The position numbers were made by a program, and so were the translations under genes. From IMG/VR virus record IMGVR_UViG_3300048856_000029, positions 24,846 to 88,845 of that record: a DNA stretch of 64,000 nt. One strand, written 5' to 3'. Of this stretch, positions 26,638 to 35,570 are shown one piece after another. The DNA is from a virus. How positions within the stretch are numbered: the stretch's first letter is position 1; the number at the start of each line of letters is the position of its first letter. The notes below the pieces were generated by a model. That model did no database searches. It had not been told where the DNA came from and saw nothing but the letters and a program-made list of their open reading frames with translations.

Positions 26638-27728
26638 GCTATGTCCTCGTCTCCGATATCCACGCTCACAAGTGGAGCCTCTTCTCTCGCCAGACACCGA
26701 GCGGCGTCAACGGCCGGCTGCAGATCATCCTCAATGAACTGAAGCGCGCCGCAGGCTACGCTGTTAGCCAGGGCGCTCGAACGATGGTGATCGCTGGCGA
26801 TATCATGCACGTCCGGGGTTCGATCGATCCGCACGTCCTCAACCCTCTGGAGCAGGCGTTCCAGGAGATCATGGACATGGGCATCGACATATACGCGATC
26901 CCTGGCAATCACGACCTGGCTGACAAGGAAACGACCGAGCTCGGCAATGCCATCAAGACCTTCGGCAAGCTGCGCGGCAACGGCGGTCGAGACTTCAATG
27001 TCTATGACAGACCGACGGCTGTGTCGCCGTATGGGTGCGATCACCCTATCATATTCGTTCCGTGGTTCTCGAAGACCGAGGATCTACTCCGGCATGTCGG
27101 AGAGTTGGCAAAGTTCAACCCGTCGAGCGCGGATTTGATCATCCACGCCGGCATTGATGGAGTGCTGCCGAACATGCCTGGTCACGGCCTGACGCCGGAA
27201 GTCCTGGCAGACTTCGGCTTCCGCAACGTCTTCGCCGGTCACTACCATAATCACAAGGGTTTCCCCGGCAATGTCTGGTCGATCGGCGCGACCACGCACC
27301 AGACCTGGGGCGATGTCGGCACTAAGGCCGGCTTTCTGTATGTCGATGACGACGGCAAGGTCACGTATCAGGCGAGCCGGGCGCCGCGTTTCGTCGATGT
27401 TACAGGGCTCGACGAGGACGACATGCAGCTCGCGGCCGATGGCAACTATGTCCGCTTCACCGGCAAGGACATGCTGCCAACCGAGATCGCCGAACTGCGC
27501 AAGTTCTTCGAGGACGCCGGTGCGCTTGGCACCTCTATCATCGCCACGCCGAAACTCGCCGCATCCCGCAGAGCCGGCACGACCAAGTCTGCGCTGACGC
27601 TCGATCAGTCCGTCGCGACCTATGTCGATGAACACAAGGATCTACCGGCGCAGATCGACAAGGAGCGTCTCAAGGCCGATTGCGCCGAGATCCTGCAGGC
27701 TGCTCGCGCCGTCAATGAAGACGCCTAA
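26634..27728 (+). CDS. SbcD/Mre11/gp47-like nuclease
   Basis: SDIH, AGDIMH, PGNHD, GHYH metallophosphoesterase motifs. Confidence 0.92.
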   Translation: MSYVLVSDIHAHKWSLFSRQTPSGVNGRLQIILNELKRAAGYAVSQGARTMVIAGDIMHVRGSIDPHVLNPLEQAFQEIMDMGIDIYAIPGNHDLADKETTELGNAIKTFGKLRGNGGRDFNVYDRPTAVSPYGCDHPIIFVPWFSKTEDLLRHVGELAKFNPSSADLIIHAGIDGVLPNMPGHGLTPEVLADFGFRNVFAGHYHNHKGFPGNVWSIGATTHQTWGDVGTKAGFLYVDDDGKVTYQASRAPRFVDVTGLDEDDMQLAADGNYVRFTGKDMLPTEIAELRKFFEDAGALGTSIIATPKLAASRRAGTTKSALTLDQSVATYVDEHKDLPAQIDKERLKADCAEILQAARAVNEDA

Positions 27729-27781
27729 AGCATCCCTCTCTTACACAAGCTATTGTAAATAAACGACAATCGGAGAGAGCT

Positions 27782-28132
27782 ATGCAGCTTTACAAGATCG
27801 AATACGACCAGCTCACCCTGGTCAGCGTCTTTGACGAAAAGGGCACGAAGATCGGCAACAAGGAGGAGCGTATCCGCCTGTCGATGAACGACCTGCCGCT
27901 CCAGACGGCGCAGATGTATCGCGACAAGATGAAGGGCTTGAACTTCGTCATGACGGCGCAGGCGCTGTCGCGCGACGAGCCGCGCACCCGCAAGCAGAAG
28001 AAGATCTACGAGCGCGAGGCGAGAACCGCTGCGCCGAAGACGGTCACTCCGCAGAAATCGCGCGAGGAGCAGCTCAAGGAAGCAGCTCAGTCCGGCGACA
28101 TGGCCGCGGCAATCAACATGAGGAGCAAGTAA
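27782..28132 (+). CDS. Hypothetical protein with GDMAAAIN tail motif
   Basis: Ends KEAAQSGDMAAAINMRSK; GGAGAG RBS. Confidence 0.75.
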   Translation: MQLYKIEYDQLTLVSVFDEKGTKIGNKEERIRLSMNDLPLQTAQMYRDKMKGLNFVMTAQALSRDEPRTRKQKKIYEREARTAAPKTVTPQKSREEQLKEAAQSGDMAAAINMRSK

Positions 28133-28135
28133 GCC

Positions 28136-30082
28136 GTGAAGTTCACCAAACTGACAATTGAGAATTTTCTGGCGATCAGCAACGGCGAGATTGGTCTCTC
28201 CGATCGCGGGCTGGTTCTCATCCAGGGCGTCAATAACGACGACACCTCGGCCGCCTCGAACGGCGCCGGTAAATCCTCCCTCGCCGACGCGCTCTGCTGG
28301 TGCCTCTATGGCGTCACGGCTCGCGGCGTATCCGGTGATGCGGTTATCAACGAGGTCGCCGCCAAGGGCACGAAGGTCGAGGTCGTCATCAATGACGGCG
28401 TGGATATCTATACGATCGCCAGGCACCGCAAGCACAAGACGGGCAAGAACAACCTTACCGTCACCCATCTGCCGCCCACGCTTGGCGCAACGCCCAAGGA
28501 TCTCACCAAGGGCACGGACAAGCTGACGCAGGAGATCGTCGACAAGGTGATCGGCGCGTCCTACGACGTCTTCAAGTCGGCCGTCTATGCCGGTCAGGAG
28601 CAGATGCCGGACCTGCCGGCGATGACCGACAAGCAGTTGAAGATGCTGATCGAGGAAGCATCCGGCGTCACCTTGCTCGAGGAGGCTTATAACCAGGCCC
28701 GCGAGCGGCTGAACACCAGGAAGGCGACCCACGAGCAGTTCCAGTCGTCGCTGACCCGCGCCGGCGAGCGCCACGCGCAGCTTGTTGCGGATCTTGCACG
28801 CGCTCAGGCCAATCAGGCCGATTGGGAGGCAAAGCGCACCGCCCGGATCGGCCAGCTCGTCGCCAGCGCCAAGAATGACATCGCCCAGGTGAAGGCGATC
28901 ACCACGGCAATTGCTGCCCTGACAGACCCCGCCGAGCTGGAGAAGCAGATTGCCGAGGTCGATCAGAAGATCGCCGACGTCGACCACGAGAACACGGAGC
29001 TTGCCGAGCACAACACCCTCGTCGCCAGGGCGTCGGCGCAGCTCGCCTCACTGACGCGGGAAACCGCGGCTGCGCTTAACCGCGTCAGGACTGCCAAGGC
29101 TGAAGTCGAGGCGGTGCAGCACAGGATCGGCTGCGCCTGTGGTGAATGCGGCCGCGAAATCACAGCCGATGAAGTCGCTGCGACCGAGGCGGCCGCAAAG
29201 CGCAAGCTGAAACAGACGGTCAGCGAATACAACGACATCAAACGACAGTCGGAAAGCGCGCAGAAAGAGCTAGAGAAGCTCACAGACGAGCGGGACGCAT
29301 TCAAAGCGTCAATGACTGATCTAACTGCAACGGTCGCGCTGCGAAGCGATCTGCAGCGATCCCTGAACGAAATTCGCAGCAAGGAGGCAGAGAAGAAACG
29401 CTTCCACGACAGCGCCACGCGAAACGGCGAGGATGCCAAGCGCGTCAAAGCCGAGGTCAATCCATTCGACGCCGAGATCACCCGGTTCGGCGGATTGATC
29501 GACAAGCAGTTGCAGGAGATCCGCGACGCCGAGGAATGCGTGAAAAAGTCAGAGGTGGACCTAGTCCACGCCGACGCGGCCGTCAAGGTATTCGGACCTG
29601 CCGGCGTGCGTGCCTTCCTGCTCGACGAGGTGACGCCGCTCCTCAACGATCGCACGGCGCACTATCTGACGACGCTCTCCGACGGCAATATCAGCGCGAC
29701 CTGGTCGACGCTCGTGCCAAACGCCAAGGGCGAGCTGAAGGAGAAGTTCTCGATCGAGGTCAAGAACGAGAAAGGCTCGCAGAGCTTCGCCGGCCTGTCA
29801 GGCGGTGAGAAGCGCAAGGTCCGTGTCGCCTGTGCGCTGGCATTGCAGGATCTGGTCGCAACCCGCGCCACCAAGCCGATTGACCTCTTCATCGGCGACG
29901 AGATCGACCACGCGCTTGATGAACCTGGTCTGGAACGCCTGACGCAGATCCTCGAAGAGAAGGCGAGCGAGCGCGGCTCTGTATTCGTCATCAGCCATTC
30001 CGATCTGTCGGACTGGATCAGTCAGATCGTCACGGTCAAGAAGACGGGCAAGCAGTCGGTGATCGAGGAAACGACAGTCTGA
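28136..30082 (+). CDS. SbcC/Rad50/gp46-like ATPase
   Basis: SNGAGKSS, coiled coil with CGEC zinc hook, LSGGEKRK, GDEIDHALD. Confidence 0.93.
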   Translation: MKFTKLTIENFLAISNGEIGLSDRGLVLIQGVNNDDTSAASNGAGKSSLADALCWCLYGVTARGVSGDAVINEVAAKGTKVEVVINDGVDIYTIARHRKHKTGKNNLTVTHLPPTLGATPKDLTKGTDKLTQEIVDKVIGASYDVFKSAVYAGQEQMPDLPAMTDKQLKMLIEEASGVTLLEEAYNQARERLNTRKATHEQFQSSLTRAGERHAQLVADLARAQANQADWEAKRTARIGQLVASAKNDIAQVKAITTAIAALTDPAELEKQIAEVDQKIADVDHENTELAEHNTLVARASAQLASLTRETAAALNRVRTAKAEVEAVQHRIGCACGECGREITADEVAATEAAAKRKLKQTVSEYNDIKRQSESAQKELEKLTDERDAFKASMTDLTATVALRSDLQRSLNEIRSKEAEKKRFHDSATRNGEDAKRVKAEVNPFDAEITRFGGLIDKQLQEIRDAEECVKKSEVDLVHADAAVKVFGPAGVRAFLLDEVTPLLNDRTAHYLTTLSDGNISATWSTLVPNAKGELKEKFSIEVKNEKGSQSFAGLSGGEKRKVRVACALALQDLVATRATKPIDLFIGDEIDHALDEPGLERLTQILEEKASERGSVFVISHSDLSDWISQIVTVKKTGKQSVIEETTV

Positions 30083-30118
30083 TTTCCATGTCGTTCCGCG
30101 ACTTTCGCGCTATCTTCT

Positions 30119-30138
30119 GATAAGTAAAAACTGATTGA
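30119..30138 (+). promoter_or_regulatory. Repeated operator copy
   Basis: GATAAGTAAAAACTGATTGA. Confidence 0.75.
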
Positions 30139-30155
30139 TAAGGTGGGAAAATCCA

Positions 30156-30644
30156 ATGGCTAAGGCGCCGAAGGACAAATTCGATGAAGCTCGCCGGGCG
30201 ATGAAGGAGCGGATTGCCGCTCGTATGCTCGCCGAGATCAAGAAGCTCGATCTGGTGATGTCGCCGGAAGGGCTTCACACCCTGCCCCACAAGACGAAGG
30301 AGCGGGGTTATCGCCAGCTCGCCGTCGAGATGGGACAGGAGTTCATGCTCTCCAACATCTATGTTGGCGCGCGTGGGCAGCTCATCCTCTGCTTCACGCC
30401 GGTCGATGCGCAGGACTACGAGCATGTCGAGGTCGACGAGAAGAAGATCGACGAGGTCTTCCCGCTGCTCGGGCCGGCATACGGCACCGCGATCAAATGC
30501 GTGGACGAGGATTTCAAGCTGTTGATCCTCGCGACCGAACAGTTGCTGCTGGCCGAGGACGAGGTCGCCGCAAAAGCTGAGGTCGAAGCCAAGCAGGCTG
30601 CGGACGTCGAATACACGGCTAATCCCTTGTTCGGCAGGTTCTGA
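30156..30644 (+). CDS. Hypothetical protein with C-terminal FGRF tail
   Basis: Ends YTANPLFGRF*. Confidence 0.75.
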   Translation: MAKAPKDKFDEARRAMKERIAARMLAEIKKLDLVMSPEGLHTLPHKTKERGYRQLAVEMGQEFMLSNIYVGARGQLILCFTPVDAQDYEHVEVDEKKIDEVFPLLGPAYGTAIKCVDEDFKLLILATEQLLLAEDEVAAKAEVEAKQAADVEYTANPLFGRF

Positions 30645-30646
30645 TC

Positions 30647-31084
30647 ATGGCGATGCTGACCGAGGCAATGATGCGGGAGGCCATGAACCAGATGAAGGAC
30701 GATCTCCCTCCCCTGGGAATCTCTTTCGACGTGGTCAAGCGGCAGACGATCCCGTTCATCGACTACCCGTCGGACATCTTCACGGCGACCGCGCAGAAGA
30801 ACATGACCGCGACCGAAGTCGAGCAGGCGAATGCCCTGCGTGAGACGGTTTGGGCCAAGGCGATGAAAGAGCGTCGCGAAGGCAATCCGGATGATCAAAG
30901 CCTGTCACGCCTCGCCTTTGATCTGCGAGAGCTCCAGCGTGAGTTCAAGCGGGCGGCCGACGTAGTCAAGAGACTCGCCGACACCGTGCTCGACCAGGAC
31001 AAGCGGCTGAAGGCCCAAAAGGAAAAGATCGAGGAGCTGGAAGAGCGCCTCGACGCACACAACCCCAATTACGGAAGGTTCTGA
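30647..31084 (+). CDS. Coiled-coil hypothetical protein with C-terminal YGRF tail
   Basis: Ends DAHNPNYGRF*. Confidence 0.75.
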   Translation: MAMLTEAMMREAMNQMKDDLPPLGISFDVVKRQTIPFIDYPSDIFTATAQKNMTATEVEQANALRETVWAKAMKERREGNPDDQSLSRLAFDLRELQREFKRAADVVKRLADTVLDQDKRLKAQKEKIEELEERLDAHNPNYGRF

Positions 31085-31085
31085 A

Positions 31086-31667
31086 ATGGCAATTATCAAA
31101 GTGGCTGGGCTCGACGGCTCTCTGCGCAACTTCGGCATCTCCAAGATGCTATTCGACACCGACAGCTATGCCCTGTCCGTCGATGACCTGATCCTCATCG
31201 AGACGGAAAAGACCAAGTCCAAGCAGGTCCGGGCGTCGTCCGATAGCTTCGAAAGCGCGCGGGCTCTGGCTGAAGGCGCGCAGAAGGCTCTCGCGGATTG
31301 TCATGTCTGCTTCGCTGAAATCCCCTTCGGCGGAAAGAGCTATGCCGCAGTCCTCGGCTTTGGCATCGTCATCGGCACCTATGCCGGCATCTCGCTCAAG
31401 GTTCCGCTGATCGAAGTGGCGCCGGCCGAGACGAAGAAATCGACCGTCGGCACCCGCACCGCCTCGAAAGAGGAGATGATCGATTGGGCCTTCAACGAGT
31501 ATCCGGCCGCTCCCTGGCTGACCGTCAAGCGCGGTGGCAAGCTCGTGCCGACGCAGAAGAACGAACACCTGGCTGACGGCTGTGCGGTCGTCCACGCCGG
31601 CATCAAGACACCCGCCTTCCGTCAGGTGGCTGCGATCCTCGCGGCGAGCCAGGCTAAGGCAGCATAA
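31086..31667 (+). CDS. RuvC-like Holliday junction resolvase
   Basis: VAGLDGSLRNFG, FAEIP, KEEMIDWA, NEHLADG acidic catalytic pattern. Confidence 0.85.
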   Translation: MAIIKVAGLDGSLRNFGISKMLFDTDSYALSVDDLILIETEKTKSKQVRASSDSFESARALAEGAQKALADCHVCFAEIPFGGKSYAAVLGFGIVIGTYAGISLKVPLIEVAPAETKKSTVGTRTASKEEMIDWAFNEYPAAPWLTVKRGGKLVPTQKNEHLADGCAVVHAGIKTPAFRQVAAILAASQAKAA

Positions 31668-31688
31668 TTCTAAAAATCAAGTCTATAT

Positions 31689-31710
31689 GATAAGTCATTA
31701 CTGACTTATC
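31689..31710. promoter_or_regulatory. Fully palindromic operator copy upstream of the RNR gene
   Basis: GATAAGTCA-ttac-TGACTTATC. Confidence 0.85.
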
Positions 31711-31742
31711 ATTAGCACCCTTTCGCATACAGGAGCCAACAC

Positions 31743-34031
31743 ATGAACATGCACACGCCTGCTCGGGATTACTTTCCGGGCATGGGTCAGGCTGTCGCCG
31801 ACCGAACCATCAACCGCAAGATCACCGATCCTGACGGCACCACCCGCGTCGAGACTTGGGCCGAAGTTGCCCACCGCGTAGCGCTCGGTAACTCGCTGCT
31901 CGATCCTCGCGGCGCAAACGCTGCACAGAGCGAATACATCACGCTGAACCACCATCTGCGCCAGGCCTCGCTGCTCATGTCCGGCCGGCACCTGCAGCAT
32001 GGTGACGAGACGCAGCCGGAGCGTAACCAGGAAGTCTTCACAAACTGCTCAACGGCCGCGGCCACCTTCCTGCTGTTCTATCTGCTCCTCAACGGCTCCG
32101 GTGTCGGCCGTGCCTACGACGATGCGATGATCAAGGCCGACTACAACGAGATGCCGATCGTCGTGCCGGTGATCGATTGGAGCCACAAGGATGTTCAGCG
32201 CGGCATCATCTCTGGCTACAAGACGCGCCGCGACGCCGAGCACCTCTATGCCGGCCGCAAGATAACCATCTTCGAAGTGCCAGACAGCCGCGAAGGTTGG
32301 GCAAAGGCCGTCGAAATCATCGAGCGCATGGCGTTTCAGGGTCGTCGTGACGAGGTGCTGATCCTCGACTTCACCGGCGTTCGCGAAAACGGCGCACCCA
32401 TCAAGGGAATGCAGAACCGCCCGGCTTCTGGCCCTGGGCCGCTGATGTCCGCGATCGCCAATATCGCCCTGCTGCGCGACGCCGGCATGGAGCCCTGGCG
32501 CGCTGCCATGTATGCCGACCACTATGCCGCTGAATGCGTGCTCGTCGGTGGCGCTCGGCGTGCTGCCCGCATGGCGACCAAGCACTGGAAGGACAAGTCG
32601 ATCTTCGGCTTCATCCAGTTGAAGCGCGGTGGCTTCCTCTGGTCGTCCAACAACTCCGTCACCATCGACGATGAGTTCCGCGCCGCTTGCCGCAAGGTCG
32701 CCAACCAACTCGGCGGTGGAGACTTCGAAAACTCCGTGCCGCGCCTGGTCTTCCTGCGCGCCATCAATGCCATCACGGAGACCGAGGCGCACGCCTGGAA
32801 GGTTCTGGTTGAGCTTGCCAAAGCTGCCTATTTCGATGGCACCGGCGAGCCTGGCATCATCAATCAGGACAAGCTGACACAGCGCGACGAAGGCATCGAG
32901 TCCTATGTCGATGGCCTCTATGCAGAGTCCAGCCGCTTCAAGGTCGATCCGGAGACGGTGCCGCTGATGGCTGCCCTCGCCCGCGTGGTCATGGGCGTCA
33001 AATACACCATGATCACCAACCCTTGCGGCGAAATCTGCCTGCTGATGCTTGGCGCCTACTGCGTCATAGCAGACGTGGTGCCGTTCCATGCCCAGGACGA
33101 CGACGATGCCGAAAGCGCCTTCCGTGCCGCTGTCCGGGCGCTGATGCGCACGAACACCATGGACTGCCTCTATCGCCGCGAGGTCAATCGCACCAACCGG
33201 ATCGGCGTCGGCATCACCGGCTTCCATGAATGGGCTTACAGCCGTTTCAAGTTCACCTGGCACGATATCGTCAATGAGACGAAGTCGAAGGAAATGTGGA
33301 TGACGCTGTCGCGCTTCAAGCGGGCCATCGTCGACGAGGCTGAGAAGTTCGCAAAGCTGCTCGGCGTCGTTGTTCCTCACACGAACACGACCTTCAAGCC
33401 TGCCGGCACGACCTCGAAGCTGTTTGGTCTTACCGAAGGCGCTCACCTGCCCTCGATGCGCGAGTTCATTCGTTGGGTGCAGTTCCGCAACGACGATCCG
33501 CTCGTGGCTGACTATGAGGCTATGGGCTATCCGGTGAAGCGCCTGAAGACCTACGAAGGAACGACGATCGTCGGCTTCCCGACCAAGCCGAAGATCTGCG
33601 AGTTGGACGGTGGCGAATGGGTTGTGACCGCTGCCGAGGCGACGCCCGAGGAGCAGTATGAGTTCCTGCGCCTGCTTGAGAAGTATTGGATCCACGGCGT
33701 CGATGAAAACGGCGAGTCCCTTGCCGAAGAAACCGGCAACCAGGTCAGCTATACGCTCAAGTATGATCCGAAGAAGGTCGACTTCGAGTCCTTCCTGAAC
33801 ACGCTGATCGACGGCCAGTTCTCGATCCGCTGCTGCTCGGTGATGCCGCAGACCGACACGTCGGCCTACGAGTATCAGCCGGAACAGCCGGTGACGAAGG
33901 CGCAGTTCGAAATGATTGCCTCAGCGATCTCCAACGACAACGTGAAGGAAGACATCGGCTTCGAACACGTTGACTGCGGTGCCGGCGCCTGCCCGATCGA
34001 CTTCTCGGAAGACCAGAAGGAGGCGGCGTGA
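31743..34031 (+). CDS. nrdJ: Class II (adenosylcobalamin-dependent) ribonucleotide reductase
   Basis: TNPCGEI, FKPAGTTSKL, C-terminal CGAGAC; no small-subunit gene nearby. Confidence 0.88.
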   Translation: MNMHTPARDYFPGMGQAVADRTINRKITDPDGTTRVETWAEVAHRVALGNSLLDPRGANAAQSEYITLNHHLRQASLLMSGRHLQHGDETQPERNQEVFTNCSTAAATFLLFYLLLNGSGVGRAYDDAMIKADYNEMPIVVPVIDWSHKDVQRGIISGYKTRRDAEHLYAGRKITIFEVPDSREGWAKAVEIIERMAFQGRRDEVLILDFTGVRENGAPIKGMQNRPASGPGPLMSAIANIALLRDAGMEPWRAAMYADHYAAECVLVGGARRAARMATKHWKDKSIFGFIQLKRGGFLWSSNNSVTIDDEFRAACRKVANQLGGGDFENSVPRLVFLRAINAITETEAHAWKVLVELAKAAYFDGTGEPGIINQDKLTQRDEGIESYVDGLYAESSRFKVDPETVPLMAALARVVMGVKYTMITNPCGEICLLMLGAYCVIADVVPFHAQDDDDAESAFRAAVRALMRTNTMDCLYRREVNRTNRIGVGITGFHEWAYSRFKFTWHDIVNETKSKEMWMTLSRFKRAIVDEAEKFAKLLGVVVPHTNTTFKPAGTTSKLFGLTEGAHLPSMREFIRWVQFRNDDPLVADYEAMGYPVKRLKTYEGTTIVGFPTKPKICELDGGEWVVTAAEATPEEQYEFLRLLEKYWIHGVDENGESLAEETGNQVSYTLKYDPKKVDFESFLNTLIDGQFSIRCCSVMPQTDTSAYEYQPEQPVTKAQFEMIASAISNDNVKEDIGFEHVDCGAGACPIDFSEDQKEAA

Positions 34032-34249
34032 TGGGCTGGCGGATCGTCAGCCGACCTAACTGCATCTGGTGCCGTCGGGCCAAGGCTCACCTGGCTGTCC
34101 GCGGCATTGAGTTCGAGGAGCAACTGCTTGCCACGCGGCGGGAGCAGCTCGACTTCAAGGACTGGTCCGGCGAGGACACCTTTCCGCAGATCTGGGACGG
34201 CACGACACACGTCGGCGGGTTCGACAAGCTGAAGGAATATCTCCTCTAG
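34031..34249 (+). CDS. Glutaredoxin (NrdH-like)
   Basis: CIWC active site, TFPQIW...VGGF. Confidence 0.9.
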   Translation: MGWRIVSRPNCIWCRRAKAHLAVRGIEFEEQLLATRREQLDFKDWSGEDTFPQIWDGTTHVGGFDKLKEYLL

Positions 34250-34264
34250 CTGAGATATCGGGGT

Positions 34265-34286
34265 TAGGGCTGCGAACGCAGCCCTA
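34265..34286. terminator. Hairpin between convergent genes (probable bidirectional terminator)
   Basis: TAGGGCTGCG-aa-CGCAGCCCTA followed by TTCTCTTT. Confidence 0.65.
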
Positions 34287-34844
34287 TTCTCTTTGCATTA
34301 ATTGGGAAAGCTTTTCAAATGGAAGAGTCGCAACCTTCGTGATGAGTGCAACCGCGATCATTATATGAAGGCGAATGCCGATCCATCCCGCGTGACGCGG
34401 CCGATCCAGAGAGAGAGCCTCGTTATACTCATCCCTTGCATCAAGTATCATCTGCTCCACCACCCGCTCGAAAACCTTCTTCGGAAGGATAAATCGGAGT
34501 GCGCCGGAAACCACATGACCAGGAGCTTTGTAGAGACGAGGTTTCGCGATTTTCCTCGTGTTTGCTACCGTTGCAATATGCGGAAATGGAGTAAAAATTT
34601 TTAAAGTGCCGTTCTTCTGAGACTCTTCCAAGTGTTCCACAACAGCGCGGTAACGCTCCGAAGCGGTCGCGAAATGCTTGGTTTGTATGTACACGGTTTC
34701 CGAAAAATCGAGGGTCAACTGCGTGAAGTCCGGTTTCTCAGCCCTCTGCCGCACCGTGCTGCTAATCCGCATACTGCCAGACGTGTACAAAACATCGTCC
34801 TTGAAGCATTTGATTATCGGAAGCGGCTTTTGATCGTCACTCAT
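34284..34844 (-). CDS. Hypothetical protein with C-terminal hydrophobic segment, coupled to the PadR gene
   Basis: Low-GC ORF overlapping the PadR stop by 4 nt. Confidence 0.65.
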   Translation of the reverse strand: MSDDQKPLPIIKCFKDDVLYTSGSMRISSTVRQRAEKPDFTQLTLDFSETVYIQTKHFATASERYRAVVEHLEESQKNGTLKIFTPFPHIATVANTRKIAKPRLYKAPGHVVSGALRFILPKKVFERVVEQMILDARDEYNEALSLDRPRHAGWIGIRLHIMIAVALITKVATLPFEKLSQLMQRE

Positions 34845-35143
34845 GCCATTGCTCCCGAATAATCACTCATGACATTCCTTGCAGCGAGAGTGGCGCGGTA
34901 GGCCCGCTGACCTTCGCCCGTAATGAAGTATCGGCGCCTTGCCATACCAGATTGGCCGGGAACCTGCTCGGCTTCAGAACGAAGCCACTTCTTATCCTCC
35001 ATACGAGACAGGTGGACATAGATCGTCGCTTTTTTTAACTGTGATGAAGCCTTCACCATTTCAAGACCGTACATTCCCTGCTTGCCTACAAGCAGATTGA
35101 GCACCTCAAACTGAATGTCAGACACGTTGATGTTGAAGCTCAT
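34841..35143 (-). CDS. PadR-family winged-helix regulator
   Basis: MYGLEMVK...TIYVHLSRMEDKKWL...RRRYFITGEG. Confidence 0.85.
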   Translation of the reverse strand: MSFNINVSDIQFEVLNLLVGKQGMYGLEMVKASSQLKKATIYVHLSRMEDKKWLRSEAEQVPGQSGMARRRYFITGEGQRAYRATLAARNVMSDYSGAMA

Positions 35144-35239
35144 AATACGCACCGTCGTAGTTTGGACACGAGTGACTCTTGCACCCTGTAAGAGTGAGTC
35201 TTACACCTAGTTAGATACGTCCGCAACTCAAAATTCCTG

Positions 35240-35283
35240 TTGCAGCCCATGTGAGCTTCGTCTATTAAGTAAATACTGACTGA
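35240..35283 (+). promoter_or_regulatory. Promoter TTGCAG-N17-TATTAA with overlapping operator
   Basis: TTGCAG 35240, TATTAA 35263, operator ATTAAGTAAATACTGACTGA 35264-35283. Confidence 0.75.
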
Positions 35284-35370
35284 TAGCGAGTAGTCATCGG
35301 TTCAATTAGATACGACGAGGTGCGAATGAAGCTCTGAGCAATAGGTGGCCGTTCGAACGGTATTGACTAA

Positions 35371-35479
35371 CCAAGACGTGCCGGGAGCGTCAGAAAACAA
35401 GCCCGGCGCTTATGTGAGGCGCTGCGGTCTTGGAGATAAGTGAGGTCTCCTTCGATCGATAGGCCAGCGCCTCTCATAA
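35371..35479 (+). ncRNA. Candidate structured RNA with possible pseudoknot
   Basis: 35371-77 pairs 35427-33; 35380-85 pairs 35402-07; 35411-24 pairs 35465-78 (one mismatch); no credible ORF. Confidence 0.4.
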
Positions 35480-35481
35480 AC

Positions 35482-35568
35482 GATCTGGTAGCGAAGTGGT
35501 TGAACGCGCAGGACTGCAAATCCTGTTCCGTAAGGGCGTCGCTGGTTCGAATCCAGCCCAGATCTCCA
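35482..35568 (+). tRNA. tRNA-Cys(GCA), 87 nt, long variable arm, encoded CCA
   Basis: Acceptor GATCTGG/CCAGATC, U73, anticodon arm CAGGA-CTGCAAA-TCCTG, T arm GCTGG-TTCGAAT-CCAGC, 15-nt variable region. Confidence 0.92.
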
Positions 35569-35570
35569 TT

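Noticed and set aside
5648-33695. Long antisense or alternative-frame ORFs in the track (e.g. 5648-7387, 11578-13371, 13247-14569, 32049-33695, 42094-43404)
   Set aside because: They are shadows of well-supported + strand genes in high-GC DNA; no motifs or RBS.
15724-34031. Inteins or introns in dnaE, recA or nrdJ
   Set aside because: Protein lengths are ordinary and no splice-junction or LAGLIDADG motifs were seen.
35482-35568. Selenocysteine or suppressor tRNA
   Set aside because: The anticodon is GCA, not TCA, and the acceptor stem is 7 bp.
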